Below, in pieces: positions 28,598 through 41,500 of a DNA stretch of 64,000 nt. The first letter of the stretch is position 1, and each line of letters begins with the position of its first letter. A program made the translations under genes and the position numbers. This DNA comes from Octopus sinensis (lineage: Eukaryota). The notes beneath the pieces are model-generated. The model saw only the letters and a list, made by a program, of their open reading frames with translations. It searched no databases and was not told the DNA's origin. The DNA is taken from NCBI RefSeq assembly GCF_006345805.1, contig NC_043004.1:83018001-83082000 (forward strand). Reading direction: 5' to 3'.

Positions 28598-29161
28598 ATT
28601 AGAGGTAAAACCACCATTAGGCAAATCAAACAGTGAAAAATATAAACCAAAACATAGAAATAAAATTAATGAATATAATATACTAAATATATAAAAAAGT
28701 TCAAAATTTAAATTATTTGAATTTAAAGTTAAAAATTTTAAATTATTAATTTATATTTATAAATTTATAAATATATATATAAATATATGTATATATATAC
28801 ATTTTTTATTTATTTTATATTTATTTTTTTAAAAATTAAATATATATAACTATCAAAAAGTATTGAAAAGTTTAATATAAGATAAAAAGTAAAAAATAAA
28901 AATACTTTTTATCTTATATTAAACTTTTTAATACTTTTTGATAGTTATATATATTTAATTTAGAAAAATAAATAAATATATATATATATATAAATTATAA
29001 ATATAAATTAATAATTAAAAATTTTTAACTTTAAATTTAAATAATTTAAATTTTGAAATTTTTTAAATATGTCTTGTATATTATATTAATTAATTTTATT
29101 TCTATGTTTTGCTTTATATTTTTCACTGTTTGATTTGCCTAATGGTGGGTTTATCTCTAAT
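28598..29161. repeat. AT-rich foldback palindrome (about 270-bp arms)
   Basis: CCACCATTAGGCAAATCAAACAGTGAAAAATAT on the left mirrors ATATTTTTCACTGTTTGATTTGCCTAATGGTGG on the right; symmetry continues to a centre near 28880. Confidence 0.85.
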
Positions 29162-29570
29162 TTATATTTATACTGTAAAATTAGATTTAATCCTAAATCT
29201 AATTTTTCCCTGTAAGTTTGGACTTACTCCCTAATATTATTATATATATATATATATATATATATTCACACGGACACTAGCACACATACACACAAACACG
29301 TGTGTGTTTTTGTCATGGATTTTACAAAGATTTTCATCTACCAAATCTACGCACAAGGAATTGGTCAGCATGAGGCTACAGTATAAAAAAAAACTTGACC
29401 AATGCACCTCAGTATGAGAGTGAAGCTGAAATCACGTTATCGCTGAGCGGGATACTCAACAAAACAGACATGTCTGCGAATATCCTTAAATATACATGCT
29501 TTATAAAATAGAGAAGATATTTAATCATTAAAAAATTACTCATTAGAAAATACTACAAAGTAATACTTAC

Positions 29571-30626
29571 ACTGTCATTAATCTTAATTCCTGAATAGAG
29601 CCGACATACACAAAATGTTGCACTCATTGCAGCAGGAGCAATTTGGAATGTATAGCTTTTTGCAGTGACTAGGTTATTTGAAAGTTCATATGCTATCGCA
29701 CAGAGGTTTATCATGTGCAGAAATAAAATCACAGCAGTGAGAAACTGAAATACCTTATTTGCAATATTTAATAATCGACAGAGTTTTGCATGTTGGTTAA
29801 TTAGTTCAATTAATCCTTCACTGCGATTTGCATGTTCTTCGAGCATATGTTTCCGATTACCTTGTTGGTGTATGAAGTTTCTGAATATCTCTGACAAATA
29901 ATTATATTCATCAATGAAAAATGATTCAAATATACCTTCTATAGCTATATAAGGAAGATAAATAAATAGGCTGAATATAGAGGATAGAAAACTTATGATC
30001 AACATAAGCAAATATAAATTGCTGTCTCTTAATACAGGGAAAGTTAAGATGTCCAGTAAATAAAGGGGGTCCTGGAAAACTACGGGAAAAATAAGTTGAA
30101 ATACAAAACAGGACAGAAAATTTAAACAGACATTAGATTTGAGGTAACGCATTCCAAATTTGTAGTATTTCTCCATAAATCTTTCATCCTGATGTAGTGG
30201 TACATAGTCTTCATATTCCTGGAGTAAGTGATTTATATCATCTCGTTTCCAGATAATGATTAGAGCAGTTGTAGTTGAGAACAATTTTATAAACATAACC
30301 AGAAATTTTGCTAAAGCATCTCCACCATCATTTGATAAAAGATGTTCTACTATAAACCACGCAATACGGAAATTATCAATTAATGGAACCAAATATAATC
30401 CAAGAAGACAGAGATACAACATTCGTGTTTTCAGGGTAGAATTTTTCCAGATTTCTAGGTTAAATTTTGAAGGAACATAGCGTACAATTGCTACATGTTT
30501 CAATTTCTGTATATATTCATTTAGACTGGTTTCCTTTACTGCTTTTAGCAATAGAGAGGTGTTTTCCATATCTATACTACATGAACTTGTCTTCCACGTT
30601 TTGTTTACTTCATTTGGTGATTCCAT
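29571..30626 (-). CDS. GRL variable exon V4 (TM1-TM6, 352 aa, intact)
   Basis: ORF 29553..30626 is paralogous to V1 (WK.S..KTR.L, IIWKR, DP.Y.L..L.FP, EYNYLS, LINQHAKLCRLL); ends INDS|GTAAGT in phase 0; acceptor TTTACAAG at 30650. Confidence 0.85.
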
Positions 30627-33071
30627 AGATTAAACAGTGAGTGATAAACCTTGTAAATGTGAATCAACAATGATAAATAAATGCTTATTCTTGTACAAAG
30701 ATTCACATACTCTCCTGCATATGTACGACTGTTTGCAAGTGCTTTGTATAAACTTTATGTGTCCGTTTTGTGATTGTGCAACTGCTTCTAATAAATATTT
30801 ACCCACTACTCTTTCGCAGAAACCGTTAACTTCTAATCGTTAATATCTGGGAGTGTACTAGTAATAACACGCCTATCATTAATAGATATGTTATCACTTT
30901 CCTATTGGCTTAAATACTACTTGACATAATGTAAAATATAATTCTAGATAGATATTTTTATCATAATAATCATACTGGATTAATCAATCAACAAAACCGT
31001 CCGGACATACTTTATCACAGACACATTTATACTGTATGTATATACAACTATAAGCAACAGAACTTCTAATCGAATTTCGTCTCACCGAATACTAAACGAT
31101 AATAAACTATAACTTGATATTCAGCAACCACTGTGTTTGTGTGTGTACATGATTAAGTATGTGTGAATGTTTAAGGATTTTGAAAGAGCTATTCGTTTCC
31201 GTCGTTGCATAGCCATTAAGATGCTGCCAAAATATAAATCCTCATCTCGGTGTTAAAAACAGATATCTAGGCAAAGTAATAACCCTCAAATCATAGCATG
31301 CCACCCAACATAACGGTTGTATTGTAAATTAATAACTTGTTACGTGAATAAATTTTTGTGGTGGGCTAGAATAGAACGCCATTTAGTTAAGTATATTCAG
31401 TCATGACTTATCTTGTGCTGAATAACTACGCTACATCAAAGAATGAAAGCTGTGTTGTCACTCGATACACCATAATTTGGAACCTAATTACGAAGTGTCT
31501 CCCGTTGTTGTAAGAATATACGTAGCACGTGTATACTGTAGCGGTATTTATGCGTAGCTTTAATACTGCGATTGAAAGTTAGGGTCTAATCAAAGTAGCC
31601 TTCATAGTTTTATTCAATTATGTGCATATTTCACCATAAAAGGAAACTGTTACTATCGATCTATTTTATTCAGAGTAGACACTACCTACATTACCTAACC
31701 AAGCGGCACGTCCTTGAAATGTATATTATATAGTCAGGTGATGTATCAATGTAGGTCGAGAGAAAGAACGAATAAGTTTGCGAACTATTGATAGCTAGAA
31801 TAGTTATTTATCCCTATCATATCATGAACATGTGTACTCGAGTCTGTGGTTACATCTTCTGTCTAGGAGCATCTCTTGACTAAGATTTTATCACACAATA
31901 AAATGCAGACAGTTTACTCTTAACTTAAATGGAAAACTTCTAGCAATACATAATACGGAGGTGCACTTTTAATTATGGATCAAATAACACTATTTTTAAA
32001 AATTCCATCTTCCTCTTGTCTCCATAGGAAGCATGCTTATGAGGTTAACTGTTACACATCAATTCAACTGGAAGAAGCTACATCGTTACGATATCGAATT
32101 CTGAAGGAAACTCCGCAGCTGCCCCAAAATACTCTTACACACCTCCCTTGGCACGCACTGTATATTTGTTTCTTATGATACGATGCATGCACTGGATTTG
32201 TAGAGTAGTTACTCTTTCGTCAGTAAAGGTACAATTTCTCTTTTAGTCCTCTATTTACAGTGCCCCTATTCTTTATGCTTCTTTCCATCCCTAGTATTTC
32301 CTCTATCACTTTTCTTTTGGGATCCTAAATATCTTTCGTTAAGTTCATCGCTGTTGTTACGGATATTATGAACATTAGAATTTTCAATGCATATACTGTC
32401 AGCAGTATTATTCTTGTATTTTCTTATACTAATAACGCCGTTGTAATTATTAGAGCATACACGACTTTCCTTCTTTATTGTCAAAGTTCGTGGGTATGCG
32501 GTAAGTAGTTTGCTTACGAACCACATGGTTCCGGATTCAGTCCCACTGTGTGGCACCTTGGGCAAGTGTCTTCTACTATAGTCTCGGGTCGACCAAAGCC
32601 ATGTGAGTGGGTTTCGTTGACAGAAACTGAAAGAAGTCCGTCATATATATGTATATATATATATATATATATGTATAAGGATGAAAAGGAACATACGTGT
32701 TGGTATATATGGGGAAAAAAGTCAAGATAGAAAATGCTAAAATGATTTTATAAAGACCATTTCAGTACCGGTTAATGTCATTGAGACTTTTTCAACTGTA
32801 ACAATTAAATAATTAAATTTAGATAAAATAAAAGACGTTTTTTTTAAAGAAGAATATTTGTATAGTGTACAAATACAAGTGGCATTTTCCTTGTTTCTGC
32901 TCAGGCAGAAATATTCTTTTTTAAAAACACTTTTCTTTTAATTTATCTAAATTTAATTATTTAATTATTATAGTTGAAAAAGTCTCAATGACTGAAACCG
33001 GTACTGAAATGTTTTTTATAAAATTATTTTACCATTCTATCTTGACTTTTGTTCCATATATATATATATGT

Positions 33072-33118
<47 letters not shown>

Positions 33119-33925
33119 TGTGATTGTCTCCCAGCATCGCTTGACAACCGAAGCTGGTGTGTTTACGTCCCCGTAACTTAGCGGTTCGGCAAAGGAGACC
33201 GATAGAATAAGTACTAGGTTTACAAACAATAAGTCCTGCGGGCGATTTGCTCGACTAAAGGCGGTGCTCCAGCATGGCCACAATCAAATAACTGAAGCAA
33301 GTAAAAGAGTAAAATAGTTCCTTTTGTTGTTCCTTCGCTAATTGTTATTTATTTTCTGGCTTAATTTCTTATTATTTTATCCTTCTACTTATTTCAGCCA
33401 TTCGACTGCAACCATTCTAGAGCTTGGCTTGAAGGGCTTTAGACCAACAAATCGACGCCGGGACTTATTTTTTAAAGCCTAGTACTTATTCTATCGAACT
33501 ACTAACTTACGGAGACCTAATCACACCTACACTGATTGACAAGCGGTAATGGGGGAGGGGGAAGAAACAAAGACACAAGGACACGCATACATATATGCAT
33601 ACATACACGCTCGCATACACACACGCGCGCGCACACATATACATATACGAACAGACAGCTTTCATTTTCCGTCTAACAAATCCACTCATAAGGATTTGGT
33701 CGGTTCGAGGCTATAGCAGAAGAAAAATGCACAAGGTGCCACGCAGTGGGACTAAACCCTAGACCATGTGGCTGGGAAAGAACTTCGTAACACATTAGTT
33801 TTATTAATTTTCCAGCGGTATATACTTCCATACAATTCTTGACATGAAGTAGCCGAGTACTCTGAACGGTCTTTAAACAGCATATAAGTTTTATGACCAC
33901 ATATATTAATACATTATTACCATAT

Positions 33926-34003
<78 letters not shown>

Positions 34004-34049
34004 AAAAAATGAAGTTCGAAAATGCTGCTATATTATACAATTTTTAATT

Positions 34050-37000
34050 TTTATATATACATTATAACATGTTTCAGTTCCTGAAATGAACCTTATCAAA
34101 AAAAGTTATATATAAAAAAAGACAGCTCATGCCGTCAAACACAAGAAATTCATTTACAATTCACAACGGAGTCAGACATCTTAAAGTTCATATATAGTTT
34201 GAAGTAAGTTCATTCATGCTATATGTTTAAAGTGTTCGATGCAGTGGCCCACGGTGGCGATACGTATTCAATATAAAAAACAGATCAAAGTGGTGGAAAG
34301 CAGTCAATACAGAAGATTGATGTTCCCGAAAGAGCGAGGAATTCATTTTTACCTTGAGCAATTGTGATGACCCATGGTGGGTGTTCGCTGGGTGATTCTG
34401 GTGAGTCTTGTGAATTGTTCGGGTTTTATAATGCCTGTCAGGTGGTCAGTCCAGCGTAGCGTGACGTCATCAACGTTTTGACCAATCGTTTCGTTAGGTG
34501 GCTTTAGTCAAGCAGAACGGGACGTCATCAAGATTCTGACCAATCGTGACCTATCGCTGTATTATAACTGCCTCTTGTCTGTATCCTGTTTTGACCAGTC
34601 GTTTCGTTAGGTGGCTTAGTCAAGCAGAACGGGACGTCATCAAGATTCTGACCAATCACGACTTATATCTGTATTAGATCTGCCCCTTTTCGTTAGGTGG
34701 CTTAGTCAAGCAGAACGGGATGTCATCAACATTCTGACCAATCGTGACCTATCGCTGTATTATAACTGCCTCTTGTCTGTATCCGGTTTTGACCAGTCGT
34801 TTCGTTAGGTGGCTTAGTCAAGCAGAACGGGACGTCATCAAGATTCTGCCCAATCACGACTTATAGCTGCATTAGGTCTGCCCCCTGTCTGTTTCTTGTT
34901 AGGTGACTAGTCAAGCAGAAAAGGACGTCATCAATATTCTGACTAATCTCTGCCCCCTGTTTGTATCCTGTCCATTCTAGCAGAACTAGACGTCATCAAC
35001 GTGTTGACCAATCAGAATCGTGTCTGACCCTTAGCTGTATCGTATGTGGTCAGTCCATCAGGGTCAGATTTGCACGAAAAAATTTTTTTCCTTTTTTACT
35101 AAGGCATATTTCCGTCAGTGCGAGTGACTGTTTAAGGTAGCGGCCGTGGTGGAATTTTGCTTCTCCTTTTCGGAGGACTTATCTTTTGTTTTAATATTCC
35201 TGGCCCAGGGTGTTTAAACTTGGTCTAAATTTTTTTATGAAATACAGTTCTTTATTTTGGCGTTGTGTGCAGGTTGCGTTGTCACTGAATTTATAGAGCG
35301 GGTTAGTTGTAAATTTCGGATTTACATTTGCAGCACATCTATCTATGTGTCCGCTGACCGGTATTTTGCGGTAATCAGGGTTTCTAATTTGTGATTTATG
35401 CACCGCCATCCTGTTACGTAAGCTATTTTTTGTATGGCCTATATACTGCCTATTGCAGCCTGCGCATGTTATGACGTAAATTAAGTTTTCTGATGCGCAG
35501 GTGAAGTTTGTTCTAATGGTGAACTGGTGGCCTTGTTCCAGTATAAATTCTGATCCTTCTTTCAGGATGACACAGATTCCGCAGTTGGGCCTTCCACATT
35601 TTCTAACTGCTGGTTTTGTGGTTGATGTTGAGTGCAGTGTAGCTTGGGTTAAAATCCTTTTCAAGGATTTTGGTTGCCGTTTACTTTTAATGATGGTGTG
35701 TGTTTCGAGGATCCGGTTCATCTTTGGGTCTCCCTTTAGTAGGGCTGTGCTTTGTAGTATGGTGTTGAAGGCCTCATTGTTGAGTGGGTTGTGTGTAGAG
35801 ATGTAGGGAAGGGTTTTTAATTGTTCTTTCTTTTTTGGTTTTGTTTGTCTCAGGTCTTCTATACTTAATTTAAGTACCCGTTGGATTGCACTGTCTATTA
35901 GGGGCTGTGGATAGTTTCTATTTGTGAGTGTGTTCTAAGTTCCTGGAGACGTGTGTGTCGGGTGTTTGTGTTTGATATTATGGTGCAAATCCTTCTAGCT
36001 AAACAAAAAGGGACATTCATTCTAGTGTGTCGTGGGTGGCATGAATCAAAGGGTAGGTACTGTTTAGAGTCTGTCGGTTTATAGTAGATATCTGTCTCTA
36101 TTTTGTTGCCGGTTTTCTTAATGAGGATGTCTAAAAATGGTAATTCTTTTTCGTTGTGGTCCATCGTGAATTGTATATTGTCATTTATTCCATTTAATAG
36201 TATTTTAAATTCCTCAAGTTTCTCTATACCTTTGTCCCAGATGATGAAACAGTCATCGAGGTATCTTTTCCAGTTGTTATGGATATAGGTGGCGAAGGTG
36301 TTTCCATATTTCTCGAGTGTTATCCGGTATAGTATTTTCTCGAGGTATCCCATCACTAGGTTGGCAAAAGATGGTGCAGTACGCGTGCCCATCGCTGTTC
36401 CCGATCTTTGTCTGTAGAAATCATTGTCAAAAATAAAATAATTGTTCTCTAAAATGAATCTAAGTCCTTCTATTATAAGGTCTTTGTTTATGCGAGTTGG
36501 GAGTTCAAAGGGGTAGTTATTCAGCCAGAAGGTGATCGCTTCTATTCCTAGGTTGTGAGGGATGTTAGAATAAAGATTAACTACGTCGAATGATACTAGA
36601 AGGGTTTTCTCATTGACTGTTTTAGGGAGGTGGTTGAGCATATCTATATCGTCTCTTACGTAGCTTTTGATGTGTTTTAGGAAAGGTTTAAGAAGTGTGT
36701 CTAAGAAATTGCTGAGGCGGTGAGTTTCACATGCTGGCCCTGCTATTATCGGTCTTAGTTTAAGATCATTTGGTGAAGGGATTTTGATGAGTGTGTCGGT
36801 GGATGTTTTGCACGTTTCTCTAATTATTTAGCTTTTGTGTACCTTAGGGATACCATAGAACAAACTCGATTTGCATTTGAAGTTAGTGATGTATTCATAC
36901 TCCTTGTTCGTGAGTCCTTCTTGGTATGTGTTGATTAATGTCCTAAGGTTATGCATTATTTTTTTCCTGATTATACTGTTGGGCCCTTTCATAATACGTT

Positions 37001-37700
37001 TCATCTCTTAATAGGGATAGCACTAAATTTTTATAATCGTTTGTATTCATTATTACTATCGCGTTGCCCTTATCTGCCTCCTTAATTGTTATTGTTTTGT
37101 CTTCTCTTAGTTTGATGAGGTCGTTCCATTCTCTTTTGTTGAAGTTAGGGCTGTGTTTTTGTTTCTTGATGAATTGAAACGGGAAATTAGTTATGTAGTC
37201 ACAATAGCGGTCTAAGGCTTTATTCTTTCCCTTGGTGGGGGTGTAATTGCTCTTGTTTCTAGCTATTGAGTCCTCCTCTATTTGTTTGTCTTGAAATGCC
37301 TCGGTGAGTCTTAGTTTTCTGCAAAATTCCGAAATATCATCTTTCATTTCATAGTAATTAGAACGTTGTGGGGTAGGTGTAAATTTAAGTCCTTTGGAGA
37401 GTATGCTTATTTCGTTAGGTGTAAGTTCTTTGTTTGAGAGATTGATTATCTTAATTACCTGAGGTTTCTTTTGTTTGTCCTTTGCCATCGTGTGTCCCTG
37501 TTCCTGTGTGTAAGGTCTAAAAAATGGTTGGTGTAGTTATGTTCAAAGCTACTATTTATCTGTCTCATGTTGTTATAATTGTCAGAGTGAGTTTGTGGTG
37601 CTCTGTTCTGGAGTGTGTTGTTGTACCTAGTGTTCCGTCTTAGTTCATCAGGTATATTGTGTTGGTAGTTGTTTCCTCCGTAGTGCATTTGTTATATATA
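34050..37700 (-). mobile_element. Penelope-like element, Neptune-like; RT and GIY-YIG with several disruptions
   Basis: 36949..37488 NLS...LSKGLKF..TP and IKEADKG; 35898..36641 GTAMGT..AP.FANL, RYLDD; 35191..35721 CGRPNCGIC linker, LIYVITCAGCNRQYIG. Confidence 0.85.
34460..35015. repeat. Tandem array (about 7 units, roughly 80-110 bp) of GACGTCATCAA...TGACCAATC in the 3' region of the Neptune-like element
   Basis: Unit CGTTAGGTGGCTTAGTCAAGCAGAACGGGACGTCATCAAGATTCTGACCAATC starts near 34490, 34601, 34691, 34799 and 34897; perfect TGACGTCA at 34462-34469. Confidence 0.85.
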
Positions 37701-37852
37701 TTTGGCATCCTTTTTGTCTCGGGAGTCAATGGAGTTGCGCCTTTTACATTTCATGTCCTAATACATTTCCTGCTGTGGCTATGTAGTCCTATCCTGGGCA
37801 AACACTCCTTCAGGCAGGTGCCGCATATGTAGCGAAGACTGTTCCTGGTAAG

Positions 37853-37887
<35 letters not shown>

Positions 37888-37889
<2 letters not shown>

Positions 37890-38196
37890 TCATATAAAAT
37901 ACAGTGTTTATTTAAACACATTAAGAGGTTTCCATCATAGGAATCCCTTACGCTCGAAGGAACGGCTAAAGTCCAAACCACTAATTAGGGATAAATTCTT
38001 GAAGCGAATGAAAATTAATAAACATTTACCATCTATGGTAAATCTATGGTAGATTGTAAATTTTTTTATTTTTCCTTCCCTTCGAGAATTTATCCCTAAC
38101 TAGTGGTTTGGAGTTTAGCTGTTCTTTCTAGCGTAAGGGATTCCTATAATGAAAACTTCTTAATGTGTTTAAATGTACACTGTATTTTATATGAAT
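37888..38196. repeat. Imperfect palindrome / MITE-like foldback
   Basis: ATTCATATAAAATACAGTG...AAACACATTAAGA...GGAATCCCTTACGCT mirrored by AGCGTAAGGGATTCC...TCTTAATGTGTTT...CACTGTATTTTATATGAAT; flanked by TA-rich sequence. Confidence 0.8.
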
Positions 38197-38285
38197 AATA
38201 TGTAGTCTATTGGCTAATTTTTCTGTATTTTATACACTGTATATATGTGTGTATATATATATATATATATGTGTATATATATATA

Positions 38286-38355
<70 letters not shown>

Positions 38356-40104
38356 ATATATATATCTATATATATATATATGATGTAGATAGGGTTAGAA
38401 TCGAAGTTGTGTCGTCTTCGGTTGAATCTCCTTATTCCAGTGGTCCAGACTTTTATGCAGGTATATCTGTGCGATTTATGCATAAGGATTGAAAAATAGC
38501 CGAAAATATTTTTTCAGATAATTACATATCAAAACAGGAGATTGGAAAACATTTTAGATATTACTTATTTAACATGACATGTGTTGCATTTGCTAATAGC
38601 AGATACGAAATTGTACATGTTGCAGAAGCATGGGATATATTTCATTTAAGAAATTCTCCATACAGAGAGACAGATTGTACAAAATTTTAATTTGTGTAAA
38701 CTCTTTATTTATAGTCGGTAGTCAGGAGGCCTCTAGATAGATGGATAGGAAAACATAGAACGAAGCTAGTAATGGAGAAAGAGAGGGAGAGAGAGAGGGG
38801 GAGTGAAAGAGAGTTAGAGATTGTGTAATGAGTGTACACAGATACGCATTCACCTCTCTCCGTCTCTCTCACTCTCTCTCCCTCGGTATATATATATATA
38901 TATATATATATATCTGCATACACACAGAGAGGCATATATGCGTATATATATATACAAGTATATGTTAATATACACACACATATATACTTCTACATTCATG
39001 CATGCAATACACACGTATATTCAGATGCACTCAACCATCAACACGCATATGCACACAAATACATACATGCACGAAATGCATAGATACATAAAAACTCACA
39101 CACGCACGCACACACACACACACACACGCACACCCAAACATACGCATATATATTTTTTCCATAAGATTTTAAAATATTCCTATGAACACAGAATAAAACC
39201 CTTTCAGATTTAGAGATTAGCAGCGTTCTTCTAGAAAATAAAATCAAAAATAATTTCACAGAACAAAGAAAGGAGAACCTGTTACCAATCCGATAACCCA
39301 GGGCTGTCCCTAAAATGCTCATTTTAATATAGAACGTCTTATTATTACTTTTAAGAGTAAAGAAGGCTTATTTCTATTCCTAAAGGAATCGTTGTTATTC
39401 GAGGACACAGTTTTAATATAATTAGCAGAAGAACCAATATAAAAGGAATCATGACCCCAAGAAATAATTTTAGCTTCATAAACTATCCTAGATTTTTAAA
39501 AGAAATTATCAAAGAAACAATTTTCTTTGTTTCTACAATTATAAATGGTATTTTCACCCTTACATGAACCGTCAACAATTGAATTATCATTAAGTGAAAT
39601 TTTTTCTTAATTATTATGAAATTTTAATTACATGTACAATTGTAGAAGTAAAGAGAACATCGATAAGTTAACTAGCAGGACTCCAGTAGGTAATTGGTGC
39701 TCTATTGTACTGATACCTAATCGATGAAAAGCAAAGTTGATAAAAACGGATTATGAAGGGCCAAATCCTAGAAATCGTTTTATCTTATTCATTTCTGATT
39801 TTCTCTGGTCACCATTTAATTGATGATGGTTAGAACAGCAGTTGCAGGAATGGCATCAGTAGCTGCAGCAGTAGCGGCCGTGGCAACAGCAAAGCTGGAT
39901 ACATTGACAATGGCAATACTAATAACGATAGCTCTAAGTTTAATATTATACCATATTATAATATCTAATTAAATTATCCCAAATACTAAGATCGTAATGA
40001 GATTCTGTATTATATAACTATTTAGGAAAATGGTTGACAATAATATCATCTTAAGGGAATGAAACTACCACAACTTTGTGCTTATATATATATATATATA
40101 TAGT

Positions 40105-40310
40105 TAATCCAAACATGAAAACACGAAGAGAAAACACAACGCGAGGACGTGGAAAAAATATAGTATTATTGGACGCTCAGGAAAAGAAAGAAAGAAGGAG
40201 GGTTTAACGTTTCGAGCGGAGCTCTTCGTCAGAAACATAGGAAAAGGAAAGATCCAAAGAAGGGAAGACGGAGGAAAAAAGTTGCCAACGGTACACACGC
40301 AGTCATGTAT
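40105..40310 (-). mobile_element. Short interspersed repeat carrying a hammerhead ribozyme core (second copy about 2020-2240)
   Basis: Near-identical ACAACGCGAGGACGTGGAA...GGACGCTCAGGAAA...GAGCGGAGCTCTTCGTCAGAAA at both sites, each adjoining (TA)n. Confidence 0.75.
40202..40236 (-). ncRNA. Minimal type I hammerhead ribozyme motif (Penelope type)
   Basis: Minus strand GTTT-CTGACGA-A-GAGC-TCC-GCTC-GAAAC-GTT-AAAC: conserved core, stem II GAGC/GCTC, stem I GTTT/AAAC, loopless palindromic stem III (AACGTT). Confidence 0.6.
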
Positions 40311-40335
40311 ATATACATATATGTGTGTGTGTATG

Positions 40336-40383
<48 letters not shown>

Positions 40384-40394
40384 ATATATACACA

Positions 40395-40428
<34 letters not shown>

Positions 40429-40619
40429 CATACATACATACATGCATATGCATACGTGATATAAAAGCGCATATTAAAATATATACACATGCTCATATGT
40501 ACGTAAAGTATACACACATTCATACACACAGACATTCATATATGTACATTGAACCACAAAACAAATGCGAGACGTGTGTGACTGTGAAATATCTTTTAAT
40601 TTCGTTGTCAGATAAAATT

Positions 40620-41150
40620 TTGATAAATCTGATGTAGTCTATTTCTTGGATGTACTTTGACCACAGTCTATGTGTGGTTGTCATGTGTTCTGGTAGTGGG
40701 CGGATCAAGCACATCGAGAATTTAGGGCGTGACATGTTCAATAGCGTCTATGCCCTCCCCTGGTGTTCAAAACGGCCATACATCGTCGGTACATGGAGTG
40801 CATAATACAGTTCACAAAAGCCATTGACCCCTGTTGGCACCACACCCTGAGGAAAGCTGCCTCCAATTCCGCCTTGAAAGCACCTGGTTCAACCGTCTCT
40901 GGATTTCATCCCATATGTGTTCAATTGGGTTCAAATCCAGGCTGAGAACCGGTCATGTCATGGTTCCGATGTCGTGCTGATGCAAGAAGTGGATGGTGAC
41001 TCTGGCCGTGATGGAGGGAGAAATGTCATGCCGGGACATGTGGCTATGGTGAGGCGCGAAGAAGGACACAGCATGAGGTCTTAGGATCTAGTCAACGTAA
41101 CGTTGTGCTATGATGTCATTCACTCTGCCTACACTAACATTTTGGTACAT
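40620..41150 (-). mobile_element. Tc1-like transposase 3' fragment
   Basis: Minus strand near 40890-40950 reads SLDLNPIEHIWDEIQRRL. Confidence 0.6.
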
Positions 41151-41194
41151 ATGGACCTAGTTCTCTGATTCAGGCCTGTATCATCTCAAATCAT

Positions 41195-41500
41195 TGTGGA
41201 GGCACATGGCCTAGTGGTTAGGGCAGCGGACTCGCAGTCGAGGGATCGCGGGTTCAAATCTCAGATCGGGGCGATGTGTGTGTTTATGAGCTAAACACCA
41301 AAGCTTCACGCGGCTCCGCCAGAAGGTAATGGCGAACTTCTACTGACTCTTTCGTCACAACTTTCTCTCACTCTTTCCTCTTGCATCTTGCAGCTCACCT
41401 GCGACGGAACGGCGTCCCGTCCAGGTAGGGAACCTATACGCCAAGGAAACCGGGAAACCAGCCCTTTTGAACCAGCGATGGCTCGAGAAGGAAACAAACA
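41195..41500 (+). mobile_element. tRNA-derived SINE (head also at about 28205-28290)
   Basis: GGAGGCACATGGCCTAGTGGTTAGGGCAGCGGACTCGCAGTCGAGGGATCGCGGGTTCAAATC with A- and B-box-like motifs. Confidence 0.7.

Noticed and set aside
34490-35015. Regularly spaced repeat resembling a CRISPR array
   Set aside because: Eukaryotic context, spacers are themselves repeated, and no cas genes; it is a tandem repeat within a retroelement.
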